In this document: one piece after another, positions 40,252 through 50,553 of the stretch
Layout: every line of letters starts with the position of its first letter
Position numbering within the stretch: the stretch's first letter is position 1
Assembly (NCBI GenBank): GCA_963666985.2
Contig: CAXXIA010000002.1
Coordinates: 672,001 to 736,000, forward strand
Direction: 5' to 3'
Origin: Spirochaetia bacterium
Lineage (GTDB): Bacteria; Spirochaetota; Spirochaetia; DSM-2461
DNA length: 64,000 bases
Notes under the pieces: generated by a model
Database searches by the model: none
What the model was told of the DNA's origin: nothing
Seen by the model: only the letters and a program-made list of their open reading frames with translations
Made by a program: the position numbers and the translations under genes

Positions 40252-40299
40252 GAAAACGTTTTCATGGATGATAGTAAATCTGCAAAATTCCGTTGTCAA
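40252..40299 (-). promoter_or_regulatory. Sigma-70 promoter with downstream LacI-type operator
   Basis: Minus strand TTGACA(40299-40294)-17 bp-TACTAT(40276-40271); perfect palindrome GAAAACGTTTTC at 40252-40263. Confidence 0.75.
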
Positions 40300-40424
40300 G
40301 CTTTAATTTATCCAAAGTAGAAACTGAAACTCAAAGGAGGAGAAATTTCTTGAAACCAAAAGAGAAGATATATACAAAACACCATACAGGAAGGAAATAA
40401 GTTCAATTGCATTAAGTTTCCCGC

Positions 40425-41558
40425 TTAATCAATATCAACCCATCGTCTCGATTTCGCCGAAGCCAATACGGCCTCGCAGACTTTCTGCGTTTCAAGAGCG
40501 TCCCGAAAAGTCGGACCGGCAGGTTTATTCGCGGCAATGCCGCCGAAGAAATCGGCAAGCTGATGGACGAAAGTACTCTCGTAGCCGATTTGCAGACCGG
40601 GAACCCACCAATGGTCCATGTACGGATGCTTGCCGTCGGTTACATGAATGGACTTCCAACCGCGGACGATATCTTCATCTTCATGGTCAAACCAGGAAAG
40701 TCTGTTCATGTCATGCAAATCCCAAGCGATAGAGGCGTCCTCACCATTTATTTCGAATGTATACAGAGCCTTATGTCCGCGGGCATAACGTGTTGATTCA
40801 AAAACGGCAATTGATCCATTCTCGAACCGTGCCAGGAAAGCGCAAGCATCATCGATTCCAACCGGTCTCATTTCTCCGGTATCCGCATCGGCCCGCTCCT
40901 TAATAAACGTCTCGGTCATGGCGCTCACTTCACGAATAGGACCGTTGAGCCAAAGAGCCGTATCGATGCAATGGGCCAGAAGGTCTCCTGTTACGCCGCT
41001 TCCCGAAATAGTCGAATCCATGCGCCACTGAGAATCACCGCCCTGCGGCACATCGGCGGAAATCGTCCAATCCTGGAGAAAATTCGCCCGATAGTGAAAA
41101 ATCCGTCCGAGCTTCTCTTCGTCTATAAGGTTTTTCGCCAGACAAACGGCCGGAATGCGTCGGTAATTGAACGACACCAGATTGGAAACTCCGGCATTTT
41201 CAACCGCTTCCACCATTCGCCGCCCTTGAGCGACATCCATAGCAAGCGGCTTTTCGCAGATAATCATTTTCCCCGCTTCCGCGGCGGCGATTGCGATATC
41301 CGCATGAAGGTTGTTGGGTGTGCAGATATCAATCAAATCGATATCGTCGCGTTCGACGATACGGCGCCAATCGGTTTCAATCGATTCATAGCCCCATCGG
41401 GATGCAAACTCCCGAACATGCGCTTCATTCCGGGAACAAGCGGCTTTTAAAACAGGCATGCGGTCCAAATCAAAAAATCGGCCGACGCGTAAATAAGCGT
41501 CCGAATGGGCTCGACTCATAAAGCCCCGGCCGATCATTCCGACATTGATGGTCTTCAT
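40425..41558 (-). CDS. Gfo/Idh/MocA family oxidoreductase
   Basis: [39 protein letters not shown] before MKTINV. Confidence 0.9.
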   Translation of the reverse strand: MKTINVGMIGRGFMSRAHSDAYLRVGRFFDLDRMPVLKAACSRNEAHVREFASRWGYESIETDWRRIVERDDIDLIDICTPNNLHADIAIAAAEAGKMIICEKPLAMDVAQGRRMVEAVENAGVSNLVSFNYRRIPAVCLAKNLIDEEKLGRIFHYRANFLQDWTISADVPQGGDSQWRMDSTISGSGVTGDLLAHCIDTALWLNGPIREVSAMTETFIKERADADTGEMRPVGIDDACAFLARFENGSIAVFESTRYARGHKALYTFEINGEDASIAWDLHDMNRLSWFDHEDEDIVRGWKSIHVTDGKHPYMDHWWVPGLQIGYESTFVHQLADFFGGIAANKPAGPTFRDALETQKVCEAVLASAKSRRWVDID

Positions 41559-41832
41559 AACAGTACTCCTCATCTTCAAATTTTTGCCGTAACGCACCGA
41601 TCACGAGTTCCGTACATTCCTCTCCCGAAATCGCATGCGGTTCTTTCGGCAAACAACATCGAACCCATAGTGCGTCAAGGCACATAGCAGGTCAAGAATG
41701 CTTTTCATCGGAAGATACGCCTACCGACAAATATGAGATGTTTAATAAATATCTAATAGATAAGGATTTGTTTCTCTGATAATCATCCGGACGGCCGCGG
41801 GATTCGTGAATTGAATCCAAATCCGGAAAAAC

Positions 41833-42765
41833 TTATAACGCGGAAGGGCGCCGAATCACCGCTCTGGCGTCCGTTCCCCGGCCGGGTTCCGAAACAAGGG
41901 TAAAGTCATCGGAAACCCTCTTAACGTTCGGCAGTCCCATACCGGCGCCGAATCCCAAGGAACGAATCCACTCGTTGGCCGTGGAGAATCCTTCCTCAAG
42001 CGCTTTATCCACATCCGGGATTCCGGGACCGCTGTCGGAAGATCTGATGGTGATCTTCTCATCATCCATCCGGAACTCCATTTTCCCGCCGGTGGAATGA
42101 ACCACCAAGTTCATCTCCAGCTCGTAACAGGCCACGGCCGCACGGCGGACCGTTTCTCTGTCGAGTCCCTGTCCTTTGAGAATCTTCTTAATCTCCGTAG
42201 AAGCCCGGCCGGCGTTCTCAAAATCATAAGCGACAATATAGAACTGCCGTGAATTCACCCCTTGCCCCTCCGGAGTATTCCTGTTGAGCTCGTCTTCCAG
42301 ACTTTCGACAATACGATTGACTTCCCGTAAAAGCGTTGTGTTGATATCGCGAATGGTGATGATGCCGGAGAGCTCGCGGTCTTTGTTCAATACGGGGAAA
42401 CGGCCGAAACGGAATTTATTGAAATAATTCACGGCGAAGGAAAGGGGCATATCGTCCTCCAGCACTTTGAGGGAACGCGTCATATGCCTTTCAGCCGGTT
42501 CGTCGATCGTTCCTTCGTCAAAAGCGGTGAGAATATCATGCATGCTCACCAGCCCCAAAAGCCGTTTATCCTCCACGATGGGAACCCCGGTAATATTCTC
42601 TGCCTTCATCCGATGCTGAATCGTCCGGAGAGATTCCGTCTTCGAAGCGGTGATAACCTTTCGAGACATTACGTCCTTGATTTTAAGACGAAAAATGAGC
42701 TCGGTCAGAACCGACGGAATATTTTGAGAATCGAAGGAAACCGGACGACGATTCGGATCGGACAC
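41833..42765 (-). CDS. Tandem CBS-domain protein fused to an RsbT-like HATPase (anti-sigma/Ser kinase) domain
   Basis: N-terminal CBS pairs (IKDVMSR, GVPIV, RFPVL); C-terminal YELEMNLVVH, DSGPGIPD, GFGAGMGLPNVKR. Confidence 0.8.
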   Translation of the reverse strand: MSDPNRRPVSFDSQNIPSVLTELIFRLKIKDVMSRKVITASKTESLRTIQHRMKAENITGVPIVEDKRLLGLVSMHDILTAFDEGTIDEPAERHMTRSLKVLEDDMPLSFAVNYFNKFRFGRFPVLNKDRELSGIITIRDINTTLLREVNRIVESLEDELNRNTPEGQGVNSRQFYIVAYDFENAGRASTEIKKILKGQGLDRETVRRAAVACYELEMNLVVHSTGGKMEFRMDDEKITIRSSDSGPGIPDVDKALEEGFSTANEWIRSLGFGAGMGLPNVKRVSDDFTLVSEPGRGTDARAVIRRPSAL

Positions 42766-42767
42766 CG

Positions 42768-43112
42768 TTACCGATCCCCGTTAAGAAGGGAGTGCAGGAT
42801 CGCGCAGGCTTCGAACATCGACTGCGCGGTATTCAGCAGAGTAATTCCCATATCTCCGGCCAAAATCTTCATTGCCTGAGTCGGTTCCTTCTCATTAACC
42901 AGAACCACTCCGACGGCGTCCACCATGTCGGCCGTCCGCAGAACCTGTTCGGAATTCAGAGAAGTAACCAGAAGCATTTTCTCAAGATCAAAAACCAGAA
43001 CTTCGCTCATAAGATCACCGGCGGTGACGTTTCGTACATCCACATCGGAGAAATCTTTACCGCGATTGTATTCCTTGCAGTTAAGGGCCCGGCAGATCTC
43101 GGGAAAATGCAT
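42768..43112 (-). CDS. DRTGG-domain-like small protein
   Basis: AGDLMSEVL, LLVTSLNSEQVLRTADM, SMFEAC. Confidence 0.72.
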   Translation of the reverse strand: MHFPEICRALNCKEYNRGKDFSDVDVRNVTAGDLMSEVLVFDLEKMLLVTSLNSEQVLRTADMVDAVGVVLVNEKEPTQAMKILAGDMGITLLNTAQSMFEACAILHSLLNGDR

Positions 43113-43237
43113 CTATATTCCTCCTGGCGACATAATCAGTTTAGAGAATCCTTGGAGTGATGAACAGCGGCCCGGCCATAATCCCGATCTTAAGATTGAA
43201 TCGATACGGCGGCGATGTCGAATCACATCCCCGCCGG

Positions 43238-44431
43238 CTAACGGATTCTCTTGGTTCCGGCCTTCAAAAGATCCCCCAGAGTCTTCGCCGGATCGGCGAA
43301 TTTCGATGTCAGTATCATGGCCGCGATGATATACGGCTTAAAACTGGCCTGTTTATAAAGGGGCACCCGGTATCGGTCGAATACGGTGGCGGCCACTTCG
43401 CCTTCGGAACAGCTCACGCCGCTGATGTCCGCGGGCAGGCAGTGGAGATAGAGAGCCTTGCCGCCGGATGTTTTGGACATCATCTCCTCGGTGCATTCCC
43501 AATCCTTATGATTCGCGTTCTGAGTCAAAAGCTCCTTTTCCAAAGACTTAATGCCCGCATCGTCGCCTGCGGCATACAAATCGGTCCTCTTTTCCATGAC
43601 GGCGTAAGGAGCCCAGGATTTGGGATAAACAATGTCGGCATTCTCGAAAGCCTCGGCCATGGAATAGGTTTTGGTGAACGAACCGCCGGAGTTCTCGGCG
43701 TTGGTCGTCGCCACTTGTTCCACATCCCCCATGATTTCATATCCTTCGGGATGCGCCAGAGCCACATCCATTCCGAATCGGGTCATGAGTCCGATAACGC
43801 CCTGGGGAACCGAAAGGGGTTTTCCGTATGAGGGAGAATAGGCCCAGGTCATGGCGACTTTCTTGCCTTTCAGATTTTCCACTCCGCCGAAATGCTCAAT
43901 AAGATGAAGGGTATCGGCCATGATTTGCGTGGGGTGGTCGATATCGCACTGAAGGTTCACCAGGGTAGGACGCTGTTCCAGAACACCGTCGTCAAAACCT
44001 TCTTGAACCGCTTGGGCGACATTCCTCATGTAAGTGTTGCCTTTGCCGATGTACATATCGTCCCGGATGCCGATAACGTCGGCCATGAACGAAATCATGT
44101 TGGCCGTTTCCCGTACGGTCTCGCCGTGGGCGATCTGACTCTTGCCTTCATCCAGATCCTGAACTTCCAGTCCCAGCATATTCGCCGCGCTGGCGTAGCT
44201 GAAACGGGTTCTGGTTGAATTATCCCGGAACAAACTGATGGCCAAACCGGAGTCGAAAAGCTTCGACGAAATGTTCCGCTCCCGAAGCGTCCGAAGGATT
44301 TGCGCCGTCTTGAAAGTCGCGGCAATCTCGTCGTCGGTTTTCTCCCAAGTCAGGAAGAAATCGTTCAAATACATGGCCGAGGTATCCAGAGCGGCCAGTT
44401 CCTTAATCATCGTTTTCGCATCATTTTTCAT
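43238..44431 (-). CDS. ygeW: Knotted carbamoyltransferase YgeW
   Basis: FRDNSTRTRFS, SQIAHGETVRETA, NLQCDIDHPTQ, WAYSPSYGKPLSVPQG, LHCLPAD. Confidence 0.93.
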   Translation of the reverse strand: MKNDAKTMIKELAALDTSAMYLNDFFLTWEKTDDEIAATFKTAQILRTLRERNISSKLFDSGLAISLFRDNSTRTRFSYASAANMLGLEVQDLDEGKSQIAHGETVRETANMISFMADVIGIRDDMYIGKGNTYMRNVAQAVQEGFDDGVLEQRPTLVNLQCDIDHPTQIMADTLHLIEHFGGVENLKGKKVAMTWAYSPSYGKPLSVPQGVIGLMTRFGMDVALAHPEGYEIMGDVEQVATTNAENSGGSFTKTYSMAEAFENADIVYPKSWAPYAVMEKRTDLYAAGDDAGIKSLEKELLTQNANHKDWECTEEMMSKTSGGKALYLHCLPADISGVSCSEGEVAATVFDRYRVPLYKQASFKPYIIAAMILTSKFADPAKTLGDLLKAGTKRIR

Positions 44432-44491
44432 TGCGTGTATCCTTTTCTGCCCCTCGGCGGCATTTTCGCTCCGGGTTTTTTTAGCGGAATG

Positions 44492-47371
44492 TCAAATATT
44501 TCCCAATGCCCGAAGAATATTCTCAGGACTGAAGGGCCATTTTCTCATCCAAATCCCGCAGGCGTCATGGATGGCGTTGGCCAGGACGGGAGCGGCGCCG
44601 TTCACCGAAATCTCGGAAACGGATTTCGCCCCGAAAGGCCCGTGGGGATCGTCGGTTTCCACCAGATCCACGCGGAAATCATCGGGCACATCTCCGATCA
44701 TGGGCACCCCATAGCTCCTTAAATCCGGATTCAGGCACCGGCCTTCTCCGTCAAAAAGCATTTCTTCGTACATGGCGTGGCCGATGGATTTCATCACGGC
44801 ACCGAAAACCTGCCCCTTGGCCAATTCGGGATTCACCGGAACACCGCAGTCCTGAAGGGCATAATACTTTTCAATCTTAACCTTGCCGGTCCGGATATTC
44901 ACCGCGACCTGGGCGAAGTGAGCCCCGTAGGGAAAGGAAAACTTGTCGGTAACGAAGCTGGACGACGCGATAATCTGTCCGGAGCCCTCACCGCCCTGAG
45001 TGTGCCAGGCCAGCTTGGAAAAATCCATCAGCTTTTCACCGCTTGCGGCATCCGCGATGATTCCGGGGAATTCCAAATGCAGATCTTCGGGGAACCGTTC
45101 CAGAATCGCGGCGGACTCCATAAGAATTTTCTCCCGCATCTTCTCGGCGGCATTGTACGCCGCGCCTCCGGAGAAATAAGTACCGCTTGAAGCGTAAGCA
45201 CCTTTATCGAAAGGCGCCGTATCGGTATCGCCGGAATTGACGGTGACGTTTTTTATGTCGGCTTTAAGGATTTCGGCCACCATTTTTGTCACCACGGTAT
45301 CCAAACCCGTTCCCAAATCGGCACCTCCGGATTGAACAAGGAACGTTCCGTCGCCGAGCATCTTAATGGTGCAGTTCCCCTGATCCAAACCCGGAAGACC
45401 CGATCCCTGCTGGATAATGCACAGCCCCTTGCCGATTTTAATGTCGGGATTATCGGAAACTTCTTTCTTACCCCATTCGATGAGCTTAATGCCCTTTTTC
45501 AGAGCCTCATCCAGTCCGCAGCTGTCTACGGCCGCCGCGGCGCCTTCACGGCCCTCACCGAGGCATTTGAGGATTTCCAGCACCGAACCTTTGCGCACCC
45601 GATTCTTTTCAATCAGCGCGTAATGGTCCATGCCGAGTTCCACGGCCAACTCTTTCACAGCCATCTGCATGGCGTAATTGCCCTTCGGCGCGCCGTATCC
45701 CTGATAAGCACCGGTAGGCGGGATGTTCGAATAATAGGCCGTAACGGTAAAGAAAGCGTTGTCGCAGAGGAAAAGCGGCAGACTTTTGGAAACACCGTTC
45801 ATCGGAACGGTCAGCGCATGGGCTCCGTAGGCACCCTGATTGGATTCCACATCCATCCGCATCGCGGTAAGCTTTCCATCCTTTTTGGCCCCCAGCTTCA
45901 CCCTGATACGCATGGGCTTCCGGGTGCTGCAGGCGATGAATTCCTCGCGGCGGGTGTATTGATGAAACACCGGCCGGGCCGTCGTCCAAGCCGCCCAGGC
46001 CGCGAGTTCATCCAGAAGGATGTCCTGTTTGGATCCGTAGCCGCCGCCGACACGCTCTTTGATAACACGAACCTTATTTTCCGGGATTCCCAACTGAGTG
46101 GCGACGATGCGCCGCAAGTGATAGGGAACCTGCGTGGAGGCGTGAATGATAATGCGATCACCTTCGGGTTTAACGTAGGTTGTATGCATTTCCAAAGGCG
46201 TGCATTGGATTTGGGAAGTCTCATACGTGCGCTCGATAACGACATCCGCCTCGGAAAAGCCCTTTTCCACATCGCCGATGCCGCCTTCCACCGAGGCCGC
46301 GATGTTCTTTCTCGGATTCCCGCCGATGGGGAACTGGTAGATAACCGGCGTTTCATTGGGATCGGCGGCCGCGTTCAGTTCTTCCAAGTTATCCGGCGCT
46401 CCGTTAACGTACCGAATCGGTCCGTCGTGAAGAAGCGGGGCGTCTTCGGCCTTTGCCTCGTCATAAGTCATGACATGGGGAAGCACTTCGTAATCCACTT
46501 CGATGAGATTCAGCGCATTCAGAGCCGTTTCTTCATCTTCGGCCAGCACCGCCGCCACTCTGTCGCCGTAATGCCGAACCTTCGTATCCAGAAGGACTCT
46601 GTCGTACGGCGAGGGTTCGGGGAACCCCTGTCCGGCCTGGCTGTAGGGTCTTTGCGGTACGTTGGCATGCGTAAAAACAGCCACCACTCCGTCCAAATCT
46701 TCGGCGGCCGATGTATCGATACGGACGATGTTCGCGTGGGCGTGAGGGCTGCGGAGAACTTTCAGGATGCAGGCGTCTTTTTCCACCCTGTCTTCGACGA
46801 AGGCCTTCTCTCCGGCGACGAGCCGAGCGGCATCCACCTTGGGGATTCTCTTGCCGATGTAGCGGGATGTTCCGCCGAAAGAGGGAGAAGGAGGCATGGC
46901 GTATTCGGTTTCGTGCTTTTTCGCAACGGCGATCCGCACCGCTTCGAAGAACTGTTCGTATCCGGTGGCTCTGTTGAATAGTCCCGAAAGAGCATCCACG
47001 ACATCGGCTCTCGTGGGCGCCGGAACACGCTCGATCAAATCGGCTATCATCAGGGCCGCGGCGGGGGAATTGTATCCGGACTGCACGCACCCGGCTTCGA
47101 TAAGGGCCTTCTGGACGAAAGAAAGCGTCCGCCCCGTTCGCTGGGAATTCACGGTTTTCACGTCTCGGCCGTCAAGCTGGCCCGCTATAAGCAGATTCGC
47201 ACCGACAATTTTCCCGTCGAGCAGAATGGTATCGGATCCGGCGAATCCGTGCCCGTCGTCGCTGTTCCGCACCGAATCGATTCCCATATCTTTGAGAAGT
47301 TTAACCGCGCAGAGACCCGGATCGGCATGAACCGTGCGCTCCGCTCCGTCCAAAACAAACGTGATCTTCAT
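44492..47371 (-). CDS. xdhD: Molybdopterin-dependent oxidoreductase Mo/Fe-S subunit (XdhD-like)
   Basis: Degenerate Fe-S domain SVRNSDDGHGFAGSD as in XdhD; GGGYGSKQ; GAYQGYG; DLGTG; GAYASSG; GPFGAKS; ATG 47371 overlaps the upstream stop. Confidence 0.88.
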   Translation of the reverse strand: MKITFVLDGAERTVHADPGLCAVKLLKDMGIDSVRNSDDGHGFAGSDTILLDGKIVGANLLIAGQLDGRDVKTVNSQRTGRTLSFVQKALIEAGCVQSGYNSPAAALMIADLIERVPAPTRADVVDALSGLFNRATGYEQFFEAVRIAVAKKHETEYAMPPSPSFGGTSRYIGKRIPKVDAARLVAGEKAFVEDRVEKDACILKVLRSPHAHANIVRIDTSAAEDLDGVVAVFTHANVPQRPYSQAGQGFPEPSPYDRVLLDTKVRHYGDRVAAVLAEDEETALNALNLIEVDYEVLPHVMTYDEAKAEDAPLLHDGPIRYVNGAPDNLEELNAAADPNETPVIYQFPIGGNPRKNIAASVEGGIGDVEKGFSEADVVIERTYETSQIQCTPLEMHTTYVKPEGDRIIIHASTQVPYHLRRIVATQLGIPENKVRVIKERVGGGYGSKQDILLDELAAWAAWTTARPVFHQYTRREEFIACSTRKPMRIRVKLGAKKDGKLTAMRMDVESNQGAYGAHALTVPMNGVSKSLPLFLCDNAFFTVTAYYSNIPPTGAYQGYGAPKGNYAMQMAVKELAVELGMDHYALIEKNRVRKGSVLEILKCLGEGREGAAAAVDSCGLDEALKKGIKLIEWGKKEVSDNPDIKIGKGLCIIQQGSGLPGLDQGNCTIKMLGDGTFLVQSGGADLGTGLDTVVTKMVAEILKADIKNVTVNSGDTDTAPFDKGAYASSGTYFSGGAAYNAAEKMREKILMESAAILERFPEDLHLEFPGIIADAASGEKLMDFSKLAWHTQGGEGSGQIIASSSFVTDKFSFPYGAHFAQVAVNIRTGKVKIEKYYALQDCGVPVNPELAKGQVFGAVMKSIGHAMYEEMLFDGEGRCLNPDLRSYGVPMIGDVPDDFRVDLVETDDPHGPFGAKSVSEISVNGAAPVLANAIHDACGIWMRKWPFSPENILRALGNI

Positions 47372-48168
47372 GAAAGCGCCTCCAGAGAGCAAATGAGGGC
47401 GCCGGCAACGACGACTCCGTTGATATAGGTTTTATATTCGGCGGATCCGAGAATATCGGCTTCGGGCCGAATCTCCGCCCGGACGGCTTCTTCGATGGAC
47501 GCGCGGTCCGTAAGAGTTCCCGAAACGATTCCCTCTTCCACGGCGGTAAGCCGAATGGTTTTCGAAGCGACGCATCCCACGGCGACACATGCACCCGAGG
47601 GAGCTCCTTTGGAGGCTTCATTCCCCGGAACCATGGATACGGCGGCGCTCACAACCGGCAACGCCAAATGAGAACGCGACTCTTTCACGACGATGCAGGG
47701 ACCGATAGGAAGGGGAACATACACATCCAGAATGAGTTCCCTGCGGTTATCCCGGATATATTCTTCAATGGAGAAACTCCCCTCGGCCGTTCTGACCGTT
47801 CCGGAAAGGGCGATGAGCGCCGGAATAAGGTAGGAATCGGCCCGGCCCGCGGCTATATTGCCGCCGATGGTTGCCTGATTGCGGATACTGCGCGTGGGAA
47901 TGAATCCGGCCGCTTTCCGCAGCGCCGGAGGAACCGCTTCCGAATCGGCGATTTCTTGCAGCGTGGCCATCGCTCCGATAACCACATCGGTTCCTTCCCG
48001 AACAATGTTTCCCGAAACGGCGTCTCTGATATCGATTACGGAGGAAGGCCGTCCCTGTTCCAGAGGTGCTCGATTGATTTGGGTTCCTCCGGCGAGAAAA
48101 ACGGCATCGGGCCGTTCTTTCATCGCATCCAAAGCCTCGGTAACGCCGGCCGGTCTTACATACATCAT
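47368..48168 (-). CDS. ygfM: FAD-binding subunit of molybdenum hydroxylase (YgfM-like)
   Basis: FLAGGT, IGAMATL, IRNQATIGGN, DILGSAEYK. Confidence 0.8.
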   Translation of the reverse strand: MMYVRPAGVTEALDAMKERPDAVFLAGGTQINRAPLEQGRPSSVIDIRDAVSGNIVREGTDVVIGAMATLQEIADSEAVPPALRKAAGFIPTRSIRNQATIGGNIAAGRADSYLIPALIALSGTVRTAEGSFSIEEYIRDNRRELILDVYVPLPIGPCIVVKESRSHLALPVVSAAVSMVPGNEASKGAPSGACVAVGCVASKTIRLTAVEEGIVSGTLTDRASIEEAVRAEIRPEADILGSAEYKTYINGVVVAGALICSLEALS

Positions 48169-49532
48169 ATTCCCGCCCTCCCGTACAAAGCATTCACAGC
48201 TTCGGCCGCTTTCGCGGTCAGTTCCTCATCTTCCATTCCGACAAGCCGGCCGTTTTCCACAACGATGCGGCCGTTCACGATGGTATAGGCGGCCCGATGA
48301 TCGTATCCGGAAAAAATCAGAGCCGCGGCCGGATCGCTCAAGGCACCGACATAAGGAATATCGTTTACATCGAAGAGAGCCAGATCCGCGGCCCAGTCGG
48401 CCTTAATGCGCCCGATTTTCTCAAAACCCAAAAGTTTCGCGCCGTTCTCGCCGGCCAAACGCCAAGCTTCCCGGGCGCTTAAAGCCTTGGCCCCCTTGGC
48501 AACCCTCTGAAGAAGCAGGGCCTGACGGACTTCTCCGAGCATATCGGACGTGTCGTTGGAAGCCGAGCCGTCCACTCCCAGAGCGACATTCACTCCGCGA
48601 TCAAGCATTTCCCGAACCCGGCAAACTCCGGACCCCAGACGCATGTTGGAACTCGGACAATGACTCACACCGGTACCGGAGGAAGCCAGCAAGTCCAATT
48701 CGGCGTCATTGAAGAAAATGCCGTGAGCAAACCAGACATCATCGCCGATGAAATCACAATCTTCCATCAGCTTCAGCGGCCGCCTCTTGTACATTTCCAC
48801 GCAATAGTCTTCTTCATCACGCGTTTCGGCCAGATGCGTATGCAGCCGGGCACCGTACCTGCGGGCCAGCGCCGCCGAATCCTTCATCAAAGCTTCCGAC
48901 ACCGAAAAAGGGCTGCAGGGCGCCAAGGCCACCTTGCGCATGGCCCAGGGATTCGGATCGTGAAATTCCCTGATAACCCGTTCAGAGTCCCTCAAAATCG
49001 TCTTTTCGTCCTGCACCGTCGAATCCGGCGGCAGACCGCCGTCCTTCTTGGAACGGCTCATGCTTCCGCGCGTCGGCGCGAAACGAATTCCGGTAACCGC
49101 GGCGGCGTCGAACTGGAGCGCCATGATGTCCGCGCCGATTCCTTCCGGATAGAGATAATGATGATCCGAAGCCGTCGTACAGCCGGTCTTCAACAGCTCG
49201 GCCGTCGCCAGAGCGGTGGACCACCAAACGGTTTCGGAGTCCATGTTTTTCCAGATTTCATAGAGATAGGTGAGCCAATCGAAAAGTTCGGCATCCTGCG
49301 CGGCAGGCAGATTTCGGGTAAACGTCTGATAAAAATGATGATGCGTATTCACCAGTCCCGGAACAGCCACCATTCCGGACGCATCAATGGTTTCCACATT
49401 CGAATCCGGCGGCGGAGTTAAATTGCGGCCGACTTCGAGGATGCGCGTTCCCTTAATGAGCACATCGGCATCCCTCAGGACTTCACCGTCGGCGCTGGTA
49501 AGAACGGCTAAGGCGTTTTGAATATGAATCAT
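48165..49532 (-). CDS. Amidohydrolase, 8-oxoguanine deaminase / SsnA-Atz-like
   Basis: PGLVNTHHHFYQTFTR, SDHHY, APCSPFSV, HTHLAET, HCPSSNMRLGSG, GVDGSASND. Confidence 0.88.
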   Translation of the reverse strand: MIHIQNALAVLTSADGEVLRDADVLIKGTRILEVGRNLTPPPDSNVETIDASGMVAVPGLVNTHHHFYQTFTRNLPAAQDAELFDWLTYLYEIWKNMDSETVWWSTALATAELLKTGCTTASDHHYLYPEGIGADIMALQFDAAAVTGIRFAPTRGSMSRSKKDGGLPPDSTVQDEKTILRDSERVIREFHDPNPWAMRKVALAPCSPFSVSEALMKDSAALARRYGARLHTHLAETRDEEDYCVEMYKRRPLKLMEDCDFIGDDVWFAHGIFFNDAELDLLASSGTGVSHCPSSNMRLGSGVCRVREMLDRGVNVALGVDGSASNDTSDMLGEVRQALLLQRVAKGAKALSAREAWRLAGENGAKLLGFEKIGRIKADWAADLALFDVNDIPYVGALSDPAAALIFSGYDHRAAYTIVNGRIVVENGRLVGMEDEELTAKAAEAVNALYGRAGI

Positions 49533-49742
49533 TATGCTCCCCTCATCTGGTTGGCACTGGGATATAATGATACTTCGCCGCGTATCCTTCTACAAGGAAT
49601 CCCGCGATTTCCCGGCGAGAAAAGACTCATTTCAAAAGACTGGGCGTTTCCCCAACCTCCGGTTTAAGGGGCTGGGCAGGCATGGGCGTTTACACGCACC
49701 ACAGATCCGGACATGCGAATTCCCCGCATCCGCCTCCTCATG

Positions 49743-49969
49743 TAGAACATTCACATGTTCAGCGCCCTCGACTTTTTCGTTGAGCTTACCCAGCACATCC
49801 CGCCGAAGGGTTTACAACTTATCCGACGATACGGTTATACGTATCACGCACTAAGAGGCAAGAGGAAGATATGCCATGGATTTCACAACGGGCCCCTGAT
49901 GAGTGGAAGGGTTCGCATCCGGGTGCTGCCTATGATGTCTCGCAAAATCTAGGCCATGAACCGTTTTCA
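49743..49969 (+). pseudogene. IS91-family (rolling-circle) transposase C-terminal remnant
   Basis: FSALDFFVELTQHIPPKGLQLIRRYG, then frameshifted continuation (Y.SRTK...MPWISQRAPDEWK); no start or N-terminal domain. Confidence 0.7.
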
Positions 49970-50071
49970 GAGGCTGCGTCCGTTCAAGCAATTATCGACA
50001 AAGTCGAAATGGTCACTAATAATAACTTGGGACTCTATCAACTGGATAAAGAAGTCTCCGCCCGGCAGTAA
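49970..50071 (+). pseudogene. Ferritin (FtnA-type) 3' fragment
   Basis: EAASVQAIIDKVEMVTNNNLGLYQLDKEVSARQ* resembles the ferritin C-terminus; 5' part absent. Confidence 0.6.
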
Positions 50072-50117
50072 GTGTCGCGGAACCTGATTCGCCCTCGGGC
50101 GATATAGGAGTCCATTA

Positions 50118-50283
50118 ATGAAGAAATATGTATGTGATATGTGAGGTTACATTTACGATCCGGCTGAAGGAGATCCTGATAACGACATAGCTGCAGGAAT
50201 CCCCTTTTGATGCATTGCCTGATGACTGGGTTTGCCCGCTGTGCGGGACCGAGAAGTCCGGATTCTCGGAGATGGACGACTGC
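50118..50283 (+). pseudogene. Rubredoxin pseudogene
   Basis: [37 protein letters not shown] / +1 shift / [19 protein letters not shown]; second Cys codon is TGA. Confidence 0.85.
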
Positions 50284-50454
50284 TTCGTCTTTCTGCTTTG
50301 TAGCCAACCCCCTGCAAAAAGGGCGGAAGAGGACCAATCTTGAGGTGTCGGTCCTTTTTGGATCAATTCCCTCCAGAATCGAGACGCCATAACCTCGACC
50401 ATGATCTCTTGTAGGTTTTTATCGAGAAATCATGAAAAAGGTCATCCTTTATTT

Positions 50455-50518
50455 GTCGGAAAAATAAAATAGATTAGTCGTATTCCAGGTGGCGGGCCAT
50501 TTTCTGCGGTTCTACCAT
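50455..50518 (+). promoter_or_regulatory. Island regulon promoter 1 (direct repeat plus -35/-10)
   Basis: GTCGGA-N16-GTCGT-N7-GTGGCG-N18-TACCAT upstream of the SBP gene. Confidence 0.7.
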
Positions 50519-50553
50519 TACTTCACATTTTCACACAAACGAGGAGGTTAAGT

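Noticed and set aside
45332..46981. 549-aa plus-strand ORF and other long antisense ORFs (e.g. 29662-30582, 28127-29074, 11680-12498)
   Set aside because: Shadow frames of well-supported GC-rich genes on the opposite strand, with no recognisable motifs
49551..49566. TTGGCAC as a plus-strand sigma-54 site
   Set aside because: No GC at -12; a sigma-70-like TTGTAG-17-TATCAT on the minus strand better explains the purine operon promoter
50118..50283. Selenocysteine rubredoxin (TGA at a Cys position) with a programmed +1 shift at TTT TGA
   Set aside because: Would need two recoding events in a ~55-codon gene. No convincing SECIS, and the neighbours are decayed fragments, so a pseudogene is more parsimonious.
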